Below, one piece after another: positions 16,854-26,542 of a stretch of 35,768 nucleotides of DNA. Position 1 is the first letter of the stretch, and each line of letters opens with the position of its first letter. The translations under genes were made by a program, and so were the position numbers. Source of the DNA: a virus (lineage: Duplodnaviria; Caudoviricetes). The stretch is taken from positions 1 to 35,768 of the IMG/VR virus record IMGVR_UViG_3300031152_000005; one strand, given 5' to 3'. A model generated the notes under the pieces. It did not search any database. It was given only the letters and a program-made list of their open reading frames with translations, and had not been told where the DNA came from.

Positions 16854-18257
16854 ATGACGAAGGCGTTGCAAGTTTTTGCACAGATCAAGAAAGTGGACGA
16901 AGCCCAGCGCTTGGTCTACGGGCGGGCGGCCCAGGAAGAAGTGGACAAGTCGGATGAGGTAATGGACTACGCGTCCAGCAAACCTCACTTCGCCAACTGG
17001 TCGGCTGAGGTCGCTAAGGACAGCGGCAATCGCAGCTTGGGCAACGTGCGTGCCATGCACGGCAAGATCGCGGCCGGCAAGCTGACAGCCATCGAGTTCA
17101 ACGACGCTGAAAAAGCTGTTGACGTGGTGGCCAAGATCGTGGATGACGCGGAGTGGAAGAAAGTCCTGGAAGGCGTCTATACCGGCTTCAGCATCGGCGG
17201 CAGCTACGTCGGTACTCCCACCGTCGAAAAGGTGGAGGGCAAGGACGTCAAGCGCTACACCGCCAAACCCAACGAACTGTCCCTGGTGGACCGGCCTTGC
17301 ATCCCGTCGGCCAAGTTCTTCGAGGTGCGCAAGGCAGACGGATCCGCAGAACAGGTCGAGTTCAAGGAGGGGCCCGCCGATCCAGTGGAAGTGACCGGCA
17401 CGGACGCTGAGGTAATTGCCTTTGGCAAGATGCTCAACGAATCGGAGCTGACCATGGCCGACGCCATCGACCTTCTCAAGGGCGGCATGCCCGCTTTCCT
17501 CGAAGCCAAGAAGAAAAAGAAGGGCGCCAAGGAAGGCGAAGAGGAGGCCAAGGAAGGCGAAGAGGGACCCGCGAAAGACAAAGAAGGCGAAGAGGAAGAA
17601 GAAGTTGCGGAGAAGAACACACCCGCTACTCTGCGCAAGGGCGTGTACGACTGCGGTTACTTTACCAGCGCGCTGCAAGCCCTGGTCTGCCTCAAGAAGA
17701 ATGCTGCGTACGAAGCCATGAAAGAGGGCGACAACTCGGCCATCCCCGCGAAGCTGGACGCTTGCGTGGCCCTGGTCGGCGAAGTGTTCAAGGCGTTCAT
17801 CGACGAAGTAATGAAAGAGTCCAAGGCGGGCACCGAAGCTGAGACCGCGGGCATGTTCGCCCTGGCCGAGCAAGCTGAAGGTTTGCGCAAGAGCTTCGAA
17901 GGCGAGCCCCTGCTGAAACTGGCCGCGCCCGAAGCCCTCGCCAAGCTGGCGCCGCAACCGACGACAGACACCGCCGCGCTGGAAAAGATGGTACAAGACG
18001 CCATCACGCCGCTCAGCAAGCAGCTCGGGGAGGCCCAGGCTACGATCAAAAAGCTGGAGTCGATGCCCGCAGCGCCGCGCATCGCCCTCATGGCCGTGAC
18101 CAAGGGCCAGGATCTGGGAACCGTGGAAGATACGGTCAAGACCGCGCCAGTGCGGGACTACGCTGGCAAAGAAAACGAAGTGGCAAGCCTGATCAAGGGT
18201 CTGCACCAATCTGGCGGCGCGCCGGTGTTCAGCGTATCTCCGCTGCGCAAAGTTTAA
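16854..18257 (+). CDS. Prohead maturation protease fused to scaffold-like region
   Basis: KVDEAQRLVYG, VRAMHG (His), YTGFSIGG (Ser), ELSLVDRP of HK97/XkdF-like proteases; acidic and helical C-terminal half. Confidence 0.9.
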   Translation: MTKALQVFAQIKKVDEAQRLVYGRAAQEEVDKSDEVMDYASSKPHFANWSAEVAKDSGNRSLGNVRAMHGKIAAGKLTAIEFNDAEKAVDVVAKIVDDAEWKKVLEGVYTGFSIGGSYVGTPTVEKVEGKDVKRYTAKPNELSLVDRPCIPSAKFFEVRKADGSAEQVEFKEGPADPVEVTGTDAEVIAFGKMLNESELTMADAIDLLKGGMPAFLEAKKKKKGAKEGEEEAKEGEEGPAKDKEGEEEEEVAEKNTPATLRKGVYDCGYFTSALQALVCLKKNAAYEAMKEGDNSAIPAKLDACVALVGEVFKAFIDEVMKESKAGTEAETAGMFALAEQAEGLRKSFEGEPLLKLAAPEALAKLAPQPTTDTAALEKMVQDAITPLSKQLGEAQATIKKLESMPAAPRIALMAVTKGQDLGTVEDTVKTAPVRDYAGKENEVASLIKGLHQSGGAPVFSVSPLRKV

Positions 18258-18302
18258 TCAACCCCAACCAATGTTTCACCGAGAATTTACCAAGGAGGTT
18301 CT

Positions 18303-19829
18303 ATGAACCGAGGACAAGTTGCAGCCGAAACCCAAGCGCTGCTCAAAGACATTCGCGATGCGCAGGTCAACGGCGACAAGGACCTACTCAAGGCGTGGAC
18401 ACAAAGCAATTCCGCGGTCAGCGGCATCACCGCCTACGACCTGGAAGCGCCGTCCAAGAAGCTTTACCCCGTCATTACCCCGCTGCGCAACGAAATTCCG
18501 CGCGTATCGGGTAAGGGCGGCATCCAAGCTGCGTGGCGCGCCGTCACCGGCATCAACACCAACGGCACCTCTCCGAGCGTGTCGCAAGGCCAGCGTGGCG
18601 CCGTCATTCCGACCAGCACCGCCGACTACACCGCGGCCTACAAGGGCTTTGGCCTGGAAGACTCGGTGACGTTCGAAGCCGACTATGCTGGTGAGAACTT
18701 CGAAGACGTCAAGGCGCTGGCTGTACATGGCCTGCTTCAAGCCATGATGATCGCCGAAGAAAAGGTCATTCTGGGCGGCAACGCGACGTACGCCATGGGC
18801 AACACTCCCACGCCCACGCTGACATCGGCCAATACGGGCGGTTCGCTCGTGGGCAACATCGGCTACGGCGTAGGCTGCGTGGCGCTGGCGTTCGACGGCT
18901 ACATGCTCGCAGCGCTGTCCACCGGCATCGTACAGACCATCACCCGCACCAACGCAGACGGCACGACCGACACGATCAACGGCGGAACCGCGCGGCCGTC
19001 GTCTCAGGCCAACGTCACCACGTCGGTCAGCTCCAACGTGTCCACCGTCTCTGCGTCCGTCACGGCCGTGGCCGGTGCGATGGCCTACGCCTGGTTCTGG
19101 GGTGCCAACTCGGGCAATCTGACTCTGGGCGCCATCACCACGATCAACAGTGTGCTGATCACCGCTACCGCCACGGGCAACGCCAGCGCTACGGGAGGCA
19201 ACTTCCAGGCCCTGACGGCCCTCGACAAATCCACCAATTCACTGGAGTACGACGGTCTGCTGACCTTCGCGTCGCAGTCTTCGCTGGGCGCCACGCAGGT
19301 GACGCAAGCCACCGGCACGCCGGGCACCGGCACGACCCTCACCGGCGATGGCGCAGGCGGTATCGTGGAAATCGACGCAGCGCTCAAGGCGTTCTGGGAC
19401 AACTACCGTCTGAGCCCGAGCACTCTGTGGGTGAACAGTCAGGAAATGACCAACATCGGCAAGAAGATCCTGGCCGGCAATACCACGTCGGCTCAGCGCT
19501 TCGTGTTCAACGCCGAACAGGGCATGGTTGGCGGCGGCATCATGGTGCGCACCTACCTGAACAAGTACGCGATGAACGGCGCTACCGTGCTGAACATTCG
19601 GCTGCACCCGAACATGCCGCCCGGCACGATGCTGTTCCAAACGGACACCCTGCCGTACCCGCTGTCCAACGTCACCAACATCCTGCAACTGCGCATGCGC
19701 CGCGACTACTACCAAATTGAGTGGCCGCTGCGTACGCGCAAGTACGAGTACGGCGTGTACTGCGACGGCGTACTGCAGAACTACTTCCCGCCGTCGCAAG
19801 GCATCATCACCAACATCGCCAACGGCTAA
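18303..19829 (+). CDS. Major capsid protein with Thr/Ser/Gly-rich insertion
   Basis: Strong AAGGAGG SD, strongly biased codons, follows protease; YDLEAP.K.LYPV.TPLRN.IPR, EEKVILGG, IRLHPNMPPG, ITNI.NG end; followed by terminator. Confidence 0.9.
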   Translation: MNRGQVAAETQALLKDIRDAQVNGDKDLLKAWTQSNSAVSGITAYDLEAPSKKLYPVITPLRNEIPRVSGKGGIQAAWRAVTGINTNGTSPSVSQGQRGAVIPTSTADYTAAYKGFGLEDSVTFEADYAGENFEDVKALAVHGLLQAMMIAEEKVILGGNATYAMGNTPTPTLTSANTGGSLVGNIGYGVGCVALAFDGYMLAALSTGIVQTITRTNADGTTDTINGGTARPSSQANVTTSVSSNVSTVSASVTAVAGAMAYAWFWGANSGNLTLGAITTINSVLITATATGNASATGGNFQALTALDKSTNSLEYDGLLTFASQSSLGATQVTQATGTPGTGTTLTGDGAGGIVEIDAALKAFWDNYRLSPSTLWVNSQEMTNIGKKILAGNTTSAQRFVFNAEQGMVGGGIMVRTYLNKYAMNGATVLNIRLHPNMPPGTMLFQTDTLPYPLSNVTNILQLRMRRDYYQIEWPLRTRKYEYGVYCDGVLQNYFPPSQGIITNIANG

Positions 19830-19858
19830 TCAGCCAACTGCCAGGGCCGCGGTTAATC

Positions 19859-19894
19859 AACGAGGGCGGCCCGTTCAGCCCTCGTTTCTTTTCT
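19859..19894 (+). terminator. Intrinsic terminator after capsid gene
   Basis: AACGAGGGC/GCCCTCGTT stem (19859-19867, 19878-19886) followed by TCTTTTCT. Confidence 0.7.
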
Positions 19895-19904
19895 GGAGTG
19901 TATT

Positions 19905-20150
19905 TTGAGCAACGTCTTTCAACCCTCGATGGTCAAGCTGCAAGTGCCCCGCGGTTTCAGCCGCAGCATCAGCATCGCGGGCTTCACCGTTGACGCCGAC
20001 ACCAACGGCCATGTCGTGGTCCCCGCCAATCTCAAGCGACAACTGATCGACCACGGCCTGACCGAAGTACCCATGGAGTCCGATCCGCCCGAGCTGGAAG
20101 AAGTAGACGAAGAAGTCAAGACCGCCAGCAAGTCCAAGCGGGGTCGCTGA
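19905..20150 (+). CDS. Small hypothetical protein after capsid
   Basis: GGAG SD with TTG start; acidic then basic C-terminus. Confidence 0.65.
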   Translation: MSNVFQPSMVKLQVPRGFSRSISIAGFTVDADTNGHVVVPANLKRQLIDHGLTEVPMESDPPELEEVDEEVKTASKSKRGR

Positions 20151-20156
20151 GCCGCT

Positions 20157-20927
20157 ATGGCTACCAACTTGACCACGACTGCCCGGGTCAAGCGCTACTT
20201 GGGTCAACCCGGCAACAACGTTGATGCGTTGATAGCCGAGTTGATTCCAGCCGCCTCCCGGACGATAGAAGCCTACACCAGCAGACAATACCCGTACGTG
20301 ACCCGGACCAGCAAGCGCATGACCGGCTCCGGCTCCGCTATCCTGGCGCTTCCAGACACGCCCATCGTAGCGGTCAGCGCCTTGGCGGTGGGGGGTGTTG
20401 GTATTCCGGAGTCGGACGGTACAAGCGGCGGATTCCTGGCTGACGACACCGCGGTGAACTTGATCTCTTACGGCAAGTTTCCGATGAGCCCTCCTTTGCA
20501 AGTTACCTGCTCCTGGGTAGCCGGGTACAAAGAAACTGAGGCCGGTACTATCCCCACTGCCAATACGCCCACTCTGACGCCCACGACGGGCGGCAGGGCT
20601 ACGGTAGCGGTGAGTGTTACTACCGTGGCGGGCGTGCCCTTGACTGAGGTGACTAGCGGGCCGGTAGCCGGCCAATTCTCTCTGGCGGATGGGGTGTTCA
20701 CGTTCAACTCAGCCAACTCAGGCACGTTGGTAGAGATGGAGTATTACTACATACCCAGTCAGGTGGAGCAGGCCTGCGTTGAAATGGTGGCGTTGGATTT
20801 GATGCAGCGCAGCAACGTTGGAACTAAGTCGAAGTCGTTGGCCGGCGAAAGCATCTCCTACGAGGATCGCGGTATGACCCCGAGCATTAAGGAAATGTTG
20901 CAACCGTTTAGGAAGTACACGCTATGA
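20157..20927 (+). CDS. Head-tail adaptor (gp6/gp15-like) with inserted beta domain
   Basis: LTT..RVK.YLG, LI.AAS..IE.YT.R, IP..VEQAC.E.V, KSLAGE.ISY, LQPFR. Confidence 0.8.
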   Translation: MATNLTTTARVKRYLGQPGNNVDALIAELIPAASRTIEAYTSRQYPYVTRTSKRMTGSGSAILALPDTPIVAVSALAVGGVGIPESDGTSGGFLADDTAVNLISYGKFPMSPPLQVTCSWVAGYKETEAGTIPTANTPTLTPTTGGRATVAVSVTTVAGVPLTEVTSGPVAGQFSLADGVFTFNSANSGTLVEMEYYYIPSQVEQACVEMVALDLMQRSNVGTKSKSLAGESISYEDRGMTPSIKEMLQPFRKYTL

Positions 20928-21424
20928 ACTTGACTGCGTCGATTCGGGCGGAGGCCTTCTTGGCCCGTTTGAGCGGCTCTTCCGACGCTCTTGCTGCTGA
21001 AATGCGGCGCGTACTGAACAAGCTATCCATTGAGGCGCAAGCAGCTGTCAAGTCGCAGAAGTTGTCCGGTCAGGTGCTTCACGTACGGTCCGGCACGCTG
21101 AGACGCTCTATTAATCGCAAGGTGTTCGAAGACGCCACTGGGTTCTTCGCCCAAGTAGGCACCAACGTCAAGTACGCAGCCGCGCATGAGTATGGGTTCT
21201 CGGGGTCGGTGAGCGTTAAGTCCCACGTGCGTAAGATCCGCAGCAAGGCCGCCAAACCGACGAAGAGCGGCAAAGGCAAGGAGTCGGTACGGCAAGTCGT
21301 AGTACGCGAGCATAGCAGGTTCGTACACCTTCCCGAGCGCTCCTTCCTGCGCTCTACGGTCAAGGAAATGTTCCCGCGCATTCAACAAGAACTGAAGGCT
21401 GCGGCACTGAGGGCTTTAAAGTGA
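20924..21424 (+). CDS. HK97 gp10-like neck/tail completion protein
   Basis: RSGTLRRSI, VGTNVKYA..HEYG, PERSFLR. Confidence 0.82.
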   Translation: MNLTASIRAEAFLARLSGSSDALAAEMRRVLNKLSIEAQAAVKSQKLSGQVLHVRSGTLRRSINRKVFEDATGFFAQVGTNVKYAAAHEYGFSGSVSVKSHVRKIRSKAAKPTKSGKGKESVRQVVVREHSRFVHLPERSFLRSTVKEMFPRIQQELKAAALRALK

Positions 21425-21873
21425 CACGCGAGCCTATCTACGCTGCTTTGTTCGCGTTCTTCAGCGGCCTGACTCAAGGCGGCGCTCCTGCGTTCAAGTC
21501 TGCTACCCGACGTCTGACCACGTGGGACAACGCCCAAGCCGAAGACACGCCCATGCTGCTAATGACGCAGCGCTCTGAAGTAGCCAACTACCGAAAAAGC
21601 CTGCCGACCATCTGGACGTTGAATGTCTCCCTGTACGTCTACGTCAACACCGGAGCAGGCATAGACCCGGAAGCGGTTCCGTCCCAAATTCTGAACCCGC
21701 TCTTGGACTTAGTTGAAGGTTCGTTCACCATCGACAGTCTCAGTACGTTTTCCTCAACTCTGGGAGGTCTGGTGTCGCACTGCGCAATTTCGGGCCCCAT
21801 TGAAATCTTCGAGGGCGATCTGGGCAACGACGAAGTTGCGCTGGTCCCCATTCAAATCCTCACCTCGCCATAA
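21421..21873 (+). CDS. Putative tail terminator
   Basis: Position before tail tube; RE.IYAALF, LNPLLD, TLGGLVSHC.I.G. Confidence 0.65.
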   Translation: MTREPIYAALFAFFSGLTQGGAPAFKSATRRLTTWDNAQAEDTPMLLMTQRSEVANYRKSLPTIWTLNVSLYVYVNTGAGIDPEAVPSQILNPLLDLVEGSFTIDSLSTFSSTLGGLVSHCAISGPIEIFEGDLGNDEVALVPIQILTSP

Positions 21874-21885
21874 AGGAGAACTGAC

Positions 21886-22623
21886 ATGGCACAATATGAA
21901 TTTGGTACTGGCGCGCTCTTCGGCAAATCGCTCGGCAACAGCTCGGCCACCCCGGTGCAATTTGGCGCGCTTCAGGGCGTGACCATCGACACCGCCTTCA
22001 CAACCAAGGAGTTGTTCGGTCGATTCCAATTCCCTCTGGCCATCGGCCGCGGTACGGGGAAAATGACCGGCAAGGCTGACTTCGCGCAGTTCAACGCGCA
22101 GGCGTTCAACGATCTGTTCTTCGGTCTGACGGCCCCCGCCACCGGCAGCGTGCGCACCGTAGTGGAAGAGACTCAGACCGTCGCGTCCAACATCGTCACC
22201 GTGACCAATAACGCCACGTTCTCACGCGACCTGGGCGTGATCAAGGCGTCCGACAGCTCGCCTTACGTCAAGGTGGCCAACACACCCATCGGGCAGCAAT
22301 ACTCCTGCAACGAGTCCACTGGGGTCTACACCTTCAACACCACGCAGAACGCAGTGGCGCTCAAGGTCAGCTACAACTATACTGACGCCGCCAACGGCAA
22401 GAAGATCACGTTGACCAATCAGCAGCTGGGCAACGCTCCGCAGTTCCTCGCGGTGTTCACGCAAACCTTCAGCGGCAAGTCGTTGACCTGGGTTCTGAAC
22501 GCGTGTATGAGCAGCAAGCTGGGTCTGACGACGAAGCTGGAAGACTTCACCATTCCGTCGTTCGACTTTCAGGCGTTTGCCGACGCCTCCAATGAAATCG
22601 GCTCCATCAGTATGGACGAATAA
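21886..22623 (+). CDS. Major tail tube protein
   Basis: AAGGAG SD, biased codons, position before chaperone and tape measure; TP..FG.LQ, KELFG..QFP, KLEDF.IP.FDF. Confidence 0.8.
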   Translation: MAQYEFGTGALFGKSLGNSSATPVQFGALQGVTIDTAFTTKELFGRFQFPLAIGRGTGKMTGKADFAQFNAQAFNDLFFGLTAPATGSVRTVVEETQTVASNIVTVTNNATFSRDLGVIKASDSSPYVKVANTPIGQQYSCNESTGVYTFNTTQNAVALKVSYNYTDAANGKKITLTNQQLGNAPQFLAVFTQTFSGKSLTWVLNACMSSKLGLTTKLEDFTIPSFDFQAFADASNEIGSISMDE

Positions 22624-22633
22624 GGAAACAATC

Positions 22634-23023
22634 GTGTCAGACAATGAAGTGAGCCGGGTAGCGCCCTCGATGAAACGCGGTGGGCGTTGGGTACTTATCG
22701 GCGCTGAGGAGTACCGTGTGCCGCCGCTATCCTTGCGCGACATTCAGGACATGCAAGAAGAAGTGGAGGGGCTCAAAGACATGACCGAGAGGCCCACGGC
22801 CGGGCAGCTTGCCTCGGTGTCCAGAATCATCTTGCGCGCTCTGCAACGCAACTACCCGAACATGACGACGGATGACTTGGACGGCATGTTGGACCTCGGC
22901 AACATCTACGAAGTTCTGTCAGCTGTCCTGCAGGTTTCTGGCTACATTCGCGGTACTGGCGCAGGAGGCGCCGCGCCGGGGGAGCCGGTCCCGTTGACTG
23001 GGACCGGATCTATGCCGTCCTGA
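22634..23023 (+). CDS. Tail assembly chaperone (gpG-like)
   Basis: AAGGA SD before GTG 22634; between tube and tape measure; ends with CCG GGG GAG (PGE) slippery site. Confidence 0.78.
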   Translation: MSDNEVSRVAPSMKRGGRWVLIGAEEYRVPPLSLRDIQDMQEEVEGLKDMTERPTAGQLASVSRIILRALQRNYPNMTTDDLDGMLDLGNIYEVLSAVLQVSGYIRGTGAGGAAPGEPVPLTGTGSMPS

Positions 23024-23286
23024 TCAGCGCGTTTGGATGGACGTGGGAGTACATAGATGAGGAAATGACGATACCGCGCTTCACCGCTATATCGGCGCAT
23101 TGGAAACGGGTGCCGCCGATAGAGGTGACTCTTGCGAGTATCGCCAGCGTACTAGGCATCAAAATAGGCGGCGAGAAGACCGCAGCCACTTCCACATCCA
23201 GCATACAAGAGTTGTTCGAATCTGCCCAGGGGGCCGGTTTTACTACTGGGAGGCCTGAATGGCTGAAGAAGACAAAGATGTGGTAG
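22981..23286 (+). CDS. gpT-like segment reached by -1 frameshift (gpGT)
   Basis: -1 frame is open from the slippery site: GAGPVDWDRIYAVLISAFGWTWEYIDEEMTIPRF... Confidence 0.72.
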   Translation, partial: GAGPVDWDRIYAVLISAFGWTWEYIDEEMTIPRFTAISAHWKRVPPIEVTLASIASVLGIKIGGEKTAATSTSSIQELFESAQGAGFTTGRPEWLKKTKMW

Positions 23287-25949
23287 TGAAGTTCGGCGCC
23301 AACATAGGTGACTTGCAAAGCAAGCTCAAAGATGTTGGCGGCTTGTTCGGCGCCTTGACCGACAAGTTTGCGGTGTTGGCTGCGGTGGTGGGCGGTGGCG
23401 CTGCGTTCAAGTCGTTCATCGACGAAACGAACAAGCTCAATTCCGAAGCCTCCAAGTTGTCACGAACCTTGGGCATTACGGGCGCAGAAGCTGGCGTTCT
23501 GAACCTGGCCCTGGGCGATATCGGAGCCGACGCAGATACCTACACAGGTGCGTTCCTAAAGTTCAACAGAGCGCTGCGTTCGCAAGGCGAGGAAATGCGC
23601 GCGCTGGGCGTGGACGTGGACGGACTTCGCAGCGGGCAAAAGACCAGCAACGAGGTGTTCCAGGAGTCCTTGCAGATCGTCGCCAGGTACAAGCCTGGTA
23701 TCGATCAAACACAGGTGGCCATGACGCTGTTCGGCCGCAGCGTGGATGACATCCAGAAGCTGTTGAAACTGAACAACGAAAAGATGGAAGAGGCCCGCCG
23801 CAAAGCGCAGGATCTCAACCTCACCATCAGTCAAGAAGGTCTGGCCGCTTCTAAGAAATACAAAGAAGCCATAAACGACGTTGGCGACGTCATGTCGGGG
23901 CTCAAGAACACGGTCGGACAGGCTGTCATTCCCATATTTGCTGAGTTTGCTCAGAAGCTCGCCGACATTGGCCCTACGCTCGTGAGCGGCATGAAGAGCG
24001 TCACGGCGTCGTTCGTGTCAGCTTGGAACGAGGTATCTACGGTCATATCTCTGGCGTGGGCCGTGATCAGCGACGTACTGGGAAGTGCGTGGAAGTTGTT
24101 CACGTCTGTGTTCAGCGGATCTGAGACGCTATCCGCCATGGATGTGTTCAAGAACGCGCTGAGACTCGTCACCGCCTCATTCGTAGCTTTCAGATTGGGC
24201 TTCGAGCAGTTGATTCTCTTTGCCAAAGCGGCTTGGCACCAACTATCTGAGGCATCTGTAGTCGGCGCTGAAGTGGTTAACAAGGCGCTGCACGGAGACT
24301 TCCAGGGCGCTGCGAAGGCTTGGAGAGAGGGCTACGCCAGACTGAAGGCCATCGCGGAGCAGGATACGGCGGCCATCGTAGCGTCAGCCAGCAAAGGGCA
24401 GGAGGATCTTCAGAATGCCTTGACTGGGCCGGCAGGCAGCGCAGCGTCCACTCCCGCGGGGGCTCCCAAGGGCGGTACGAAGGAGGCCGATCTGGCGAGA
24501 GAAAAGGCGTTGGATAACGCGCGCCTGGAATTCGCCAAGACTGTCAACGACGCCATGCTCAAGATAGAGCTGGACTCCTTGCAGCAAGGTCAATTCCTTC
24601 TGGAAAACGACTACAAAAACAACCTTGTAACTACAAAGGAGTACTACGAGGACAAGCTGAAGTTGGAAACCGCGGGCGTCAACGCCTCCATAGACGCCAA
24701 GAAGCGGGAAGCCGACGAAGCCAAGATACAAAAAAGCCAGGCTCGCGTCGAATCAGAGCGGCTTGCAGCGGCTACCAAAGAGCAGAAGGCGTTGCTGGAA
24801 ATTAACCAGCTGGAGCAGCAACGTTCGTTCTTGGTCGAGAAAAACTCCGCAGAGTATCTTGACGCGGAGCGCAAACGGCAGGACGCCCTAGACCAAATCA
24901 AGTCCAAGTCTAAACTGGACTCCGCCAGTAGCGACGTAGCCAACGCCAAAGCTGACATAGAGCAGATGAAGTCTCTGCGCGAAATAGACGCAGCGCAGGC
25001 GTTTGAACTACAGCGTCAACAAGAACTCCGCAGTATGGAGTCCACCCGCCGCTTCTACGCCGAAAAACAGCTGCTAGTAAGGGGGGATGCTGAAAAACAA
25101 GCAGCTTTGGACGCTGAAAAGGAAGCCGCAGAAAGAGCCCACCAAAGTAAGTTGATGGAGATAGACCGCTCCGCCGTACGTGAGCGAGCACAACTGAGCG
25201 TTCAGGCCCAGCAGTCTGTTCAAAACGGCTTCGGCAATATGATCAACGAGTTGCTGAGCGGTACAGTAAAGCTCAAGGACGCGGTAAGGAACTTCGCGGC
25301 GAGCGTCGCTAACTCGTTCCAAAACCTAATTGCGCAAAGATTCGCTGAAAAGTTGTTCGGCGCCGGAACTGCTGGGGGCGGTCTGATAGATTCGGTCACT
25401 CAGCCCATCATCAGCGCCGTGGACACCATCGTAAAAAAGTGGATACTGGGCCAGACGACTATGTCGGCTGCATCTGAAGCGGGCGCGGCAACCCGCGTCG
25501 CGACTGAAGAAGCCGCTTCAGGCCAATCTCTCGTCATTATGGCCGGCACAGCTATCAAGGGCATCGCGATATCAGCTTGGGAAACCGCCGCCAACGTGTA
25601 TAAGTCGTTGGCGGCCATACCGTTCGTAGGACCGTTCGTGGCCCCTGCCGCCGCCATAGCCGCGGGCGCGGTGGTGCTGGGTTTCGCCAAGAATATCATG
25701 TCTGCAGAGGGCGGGTACTGGCAACTGCCTGGCGATCAGTTGGTCCAGGCTCACGCCAACGAAATGATTTTGCCGGCCCCAGCAGCGCAAGGTCTTCGGG
25801 ATATGGTGTCTGGGGGCGGCGGGGGCGGCGGTAATTTGTCCGTGAACATAACAGCCATGGACGGGCGTAGCGTCCGCAGGGTACTTATGGACAACCAACC
25901 TGCGTTGGTAGAGGCTTTGCGCAAAGCAGACAGGGACCGTAAAAGATGA
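23259..25949 (+). CDS. Tape measure protein
   Basis: 896 aa, Ala-rich helical, hydrophobic segments, C-terminal SAEGG...AHANEMILPA; canonical position. Confidence 0.92.
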   Translation: MAEEDKDVVVKFGANIGDLQSKLKDVGGLFGALTDKFAVLAAVVGGGAAFKSFIDETNKLNSEASKLSRTLGITGAEAGVLNLALGDIGADADTYTGAFLKFNRALRSQGEEMRALGVDVDGLRSGQKTSNEVFQESLQIVARYKPGIDQTQVAMTLFGRSVDDIQKLLKLNNEKMEEARRKAQDLNLTISQEGLAASKKYKEAINDVGDVMSGLKNTVGQAVIPIFAEFAQKLADIGPTLVSGMKSVTASFVSAWNEVSTVISLAWAVISDVLGSAWKLFTSVFSGSETLSAMDVFKNALRLVTASFVAFRLGFEQLILFAKAAWHQLSEASVVGAEVVNKALHGDFQGAAKAWREGYARLKAIAEQDTAAIVASASKGQEDLQNALTGPAGSAASTPAGAPKGGTKEADLAREKALDNARLEFAKTVNDAMLKIELDSLQQGQFLLENDYKNNLVTTKEYYEDKLKLETAGVNASIDAKKREADEAKIQKSQARVESERLAAATKEQKALLEINQLEQQRSFLVEKNSAEYLDAERKRQDALDQIKSKSKLDSASSDVANAKADIEQMKSLREIDAAQAFELQRQQELRSMESTRRFYAEKQLLVRGDAEKQAALDAEKEAAERAHQSKLMEIDRSAVRERAQLSVQAQQSVQNGFGNMINELLSGTVKLKDAVRNFAASVANSFQNLIAQRFAEKLFGAGTAGGGLIDSVTQPIISAVDTIVKKWILGQTTMSAASEAGAATRVATEEAASGQSLVIMAGTAIKGIAISAWETAANVYKSLAAIPFVGPFVAPAAAIAAGAVVLGFAKNIMSAEGGYWQLPGDQLVQAHANEMILPAPAAQGLRDMVSGGGGGGGNLSVNITAMDGRSVRRVLMDNQPALVEALRKADRDRKR

Positions 25950-26542
25950 GCGACGAATACTTTCCCAGCCTTCCGGGGCTGGCCTGGAGCCAGTTTAAGA
26001 AGCCCAGGTTTAACACATTGGTGCAGACGTCAGTCAATCAAAGCGAACTGAGAGTATCGCTCACAGCCACTCCTATATACGAGGTTTCTTTGACATACGA
26101 CGTGCTCAGAGATTCTGGGTACGGAGAGCTTCAGACGTTGATGGGGTTTTTTCTGGCGCGGCGCGGGAAGTTTGATTCGTTTTTGTTCGACGATGAAACT
26201 GACAATACAGTTTCAAATCAACTCTTCGGCGTGGGGGACGGCCTGGAGACTGACTTTCAGTTGGTAAGAGCGTACGGAGGCTTTACGGAGAAGGTGTCAA
26301 ACGACATAACTGTGACAGAAATTACGGTAAACAACACGCCGACTACCGCCTATACGGTTTCTGCCTCCGGCTTGGTGGCCATGAATAGCGCGGCGGGGTC
26401 TGGGCAGGCGCTGCGGTGGAGCGGGACTTTCGCTTACAGGTGCAGGTTTACTGACGACGTATCGGAGTTTGAAAACTTTATGCGCAATCTTTGGAGCAAC
26501 ACGTCAGTGAAATTCCTAGCCAACTTGGGCACCAAGCTATGA
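25946..26542 (+). CDS. Distal tail protein, DUF2460-like
   Basis: FP.LPGL.W, FFLARRG.FDSFLF.D, GVGDG..T.FQL, W.G.F.YRCRF. Confidence 0.85.
   Translation: MSDEYFPSLPGLAWSQFKKPRFNTLVQTSVNQSELRVSLTATPIYEVSLTYDVLRDSGYGELQTLMGFFLARRGKFDSFLFDDETDNTVSNQLFGVGDGLETDFQLVRAYGGFTEKVSNDITVTEITVNNTPTTAYTVSASGLVAMNSAAGSGQALRWSGTFAYRCRFTDDVSEFENFMRNLWSNTSVKFLANLGTKL

Noticed and set aside
17526-17565. Tandem 19-nt repeat GCCAAGGAAGGCGAAGAGG in the protease gene
   Set aside because: In-frame duplication encoding AKEGEE in a charged linker; ordinary low-complexity scaffold sequence
16827-18209. 460-aa minus-strand ORF and other long antisense ORFs (e.g. 14364-15197, 9915-10670, 1712-2485)
   Set aside because: Shadow frames of GC-rich, codon-biased genes on the opposite strand; no motifs
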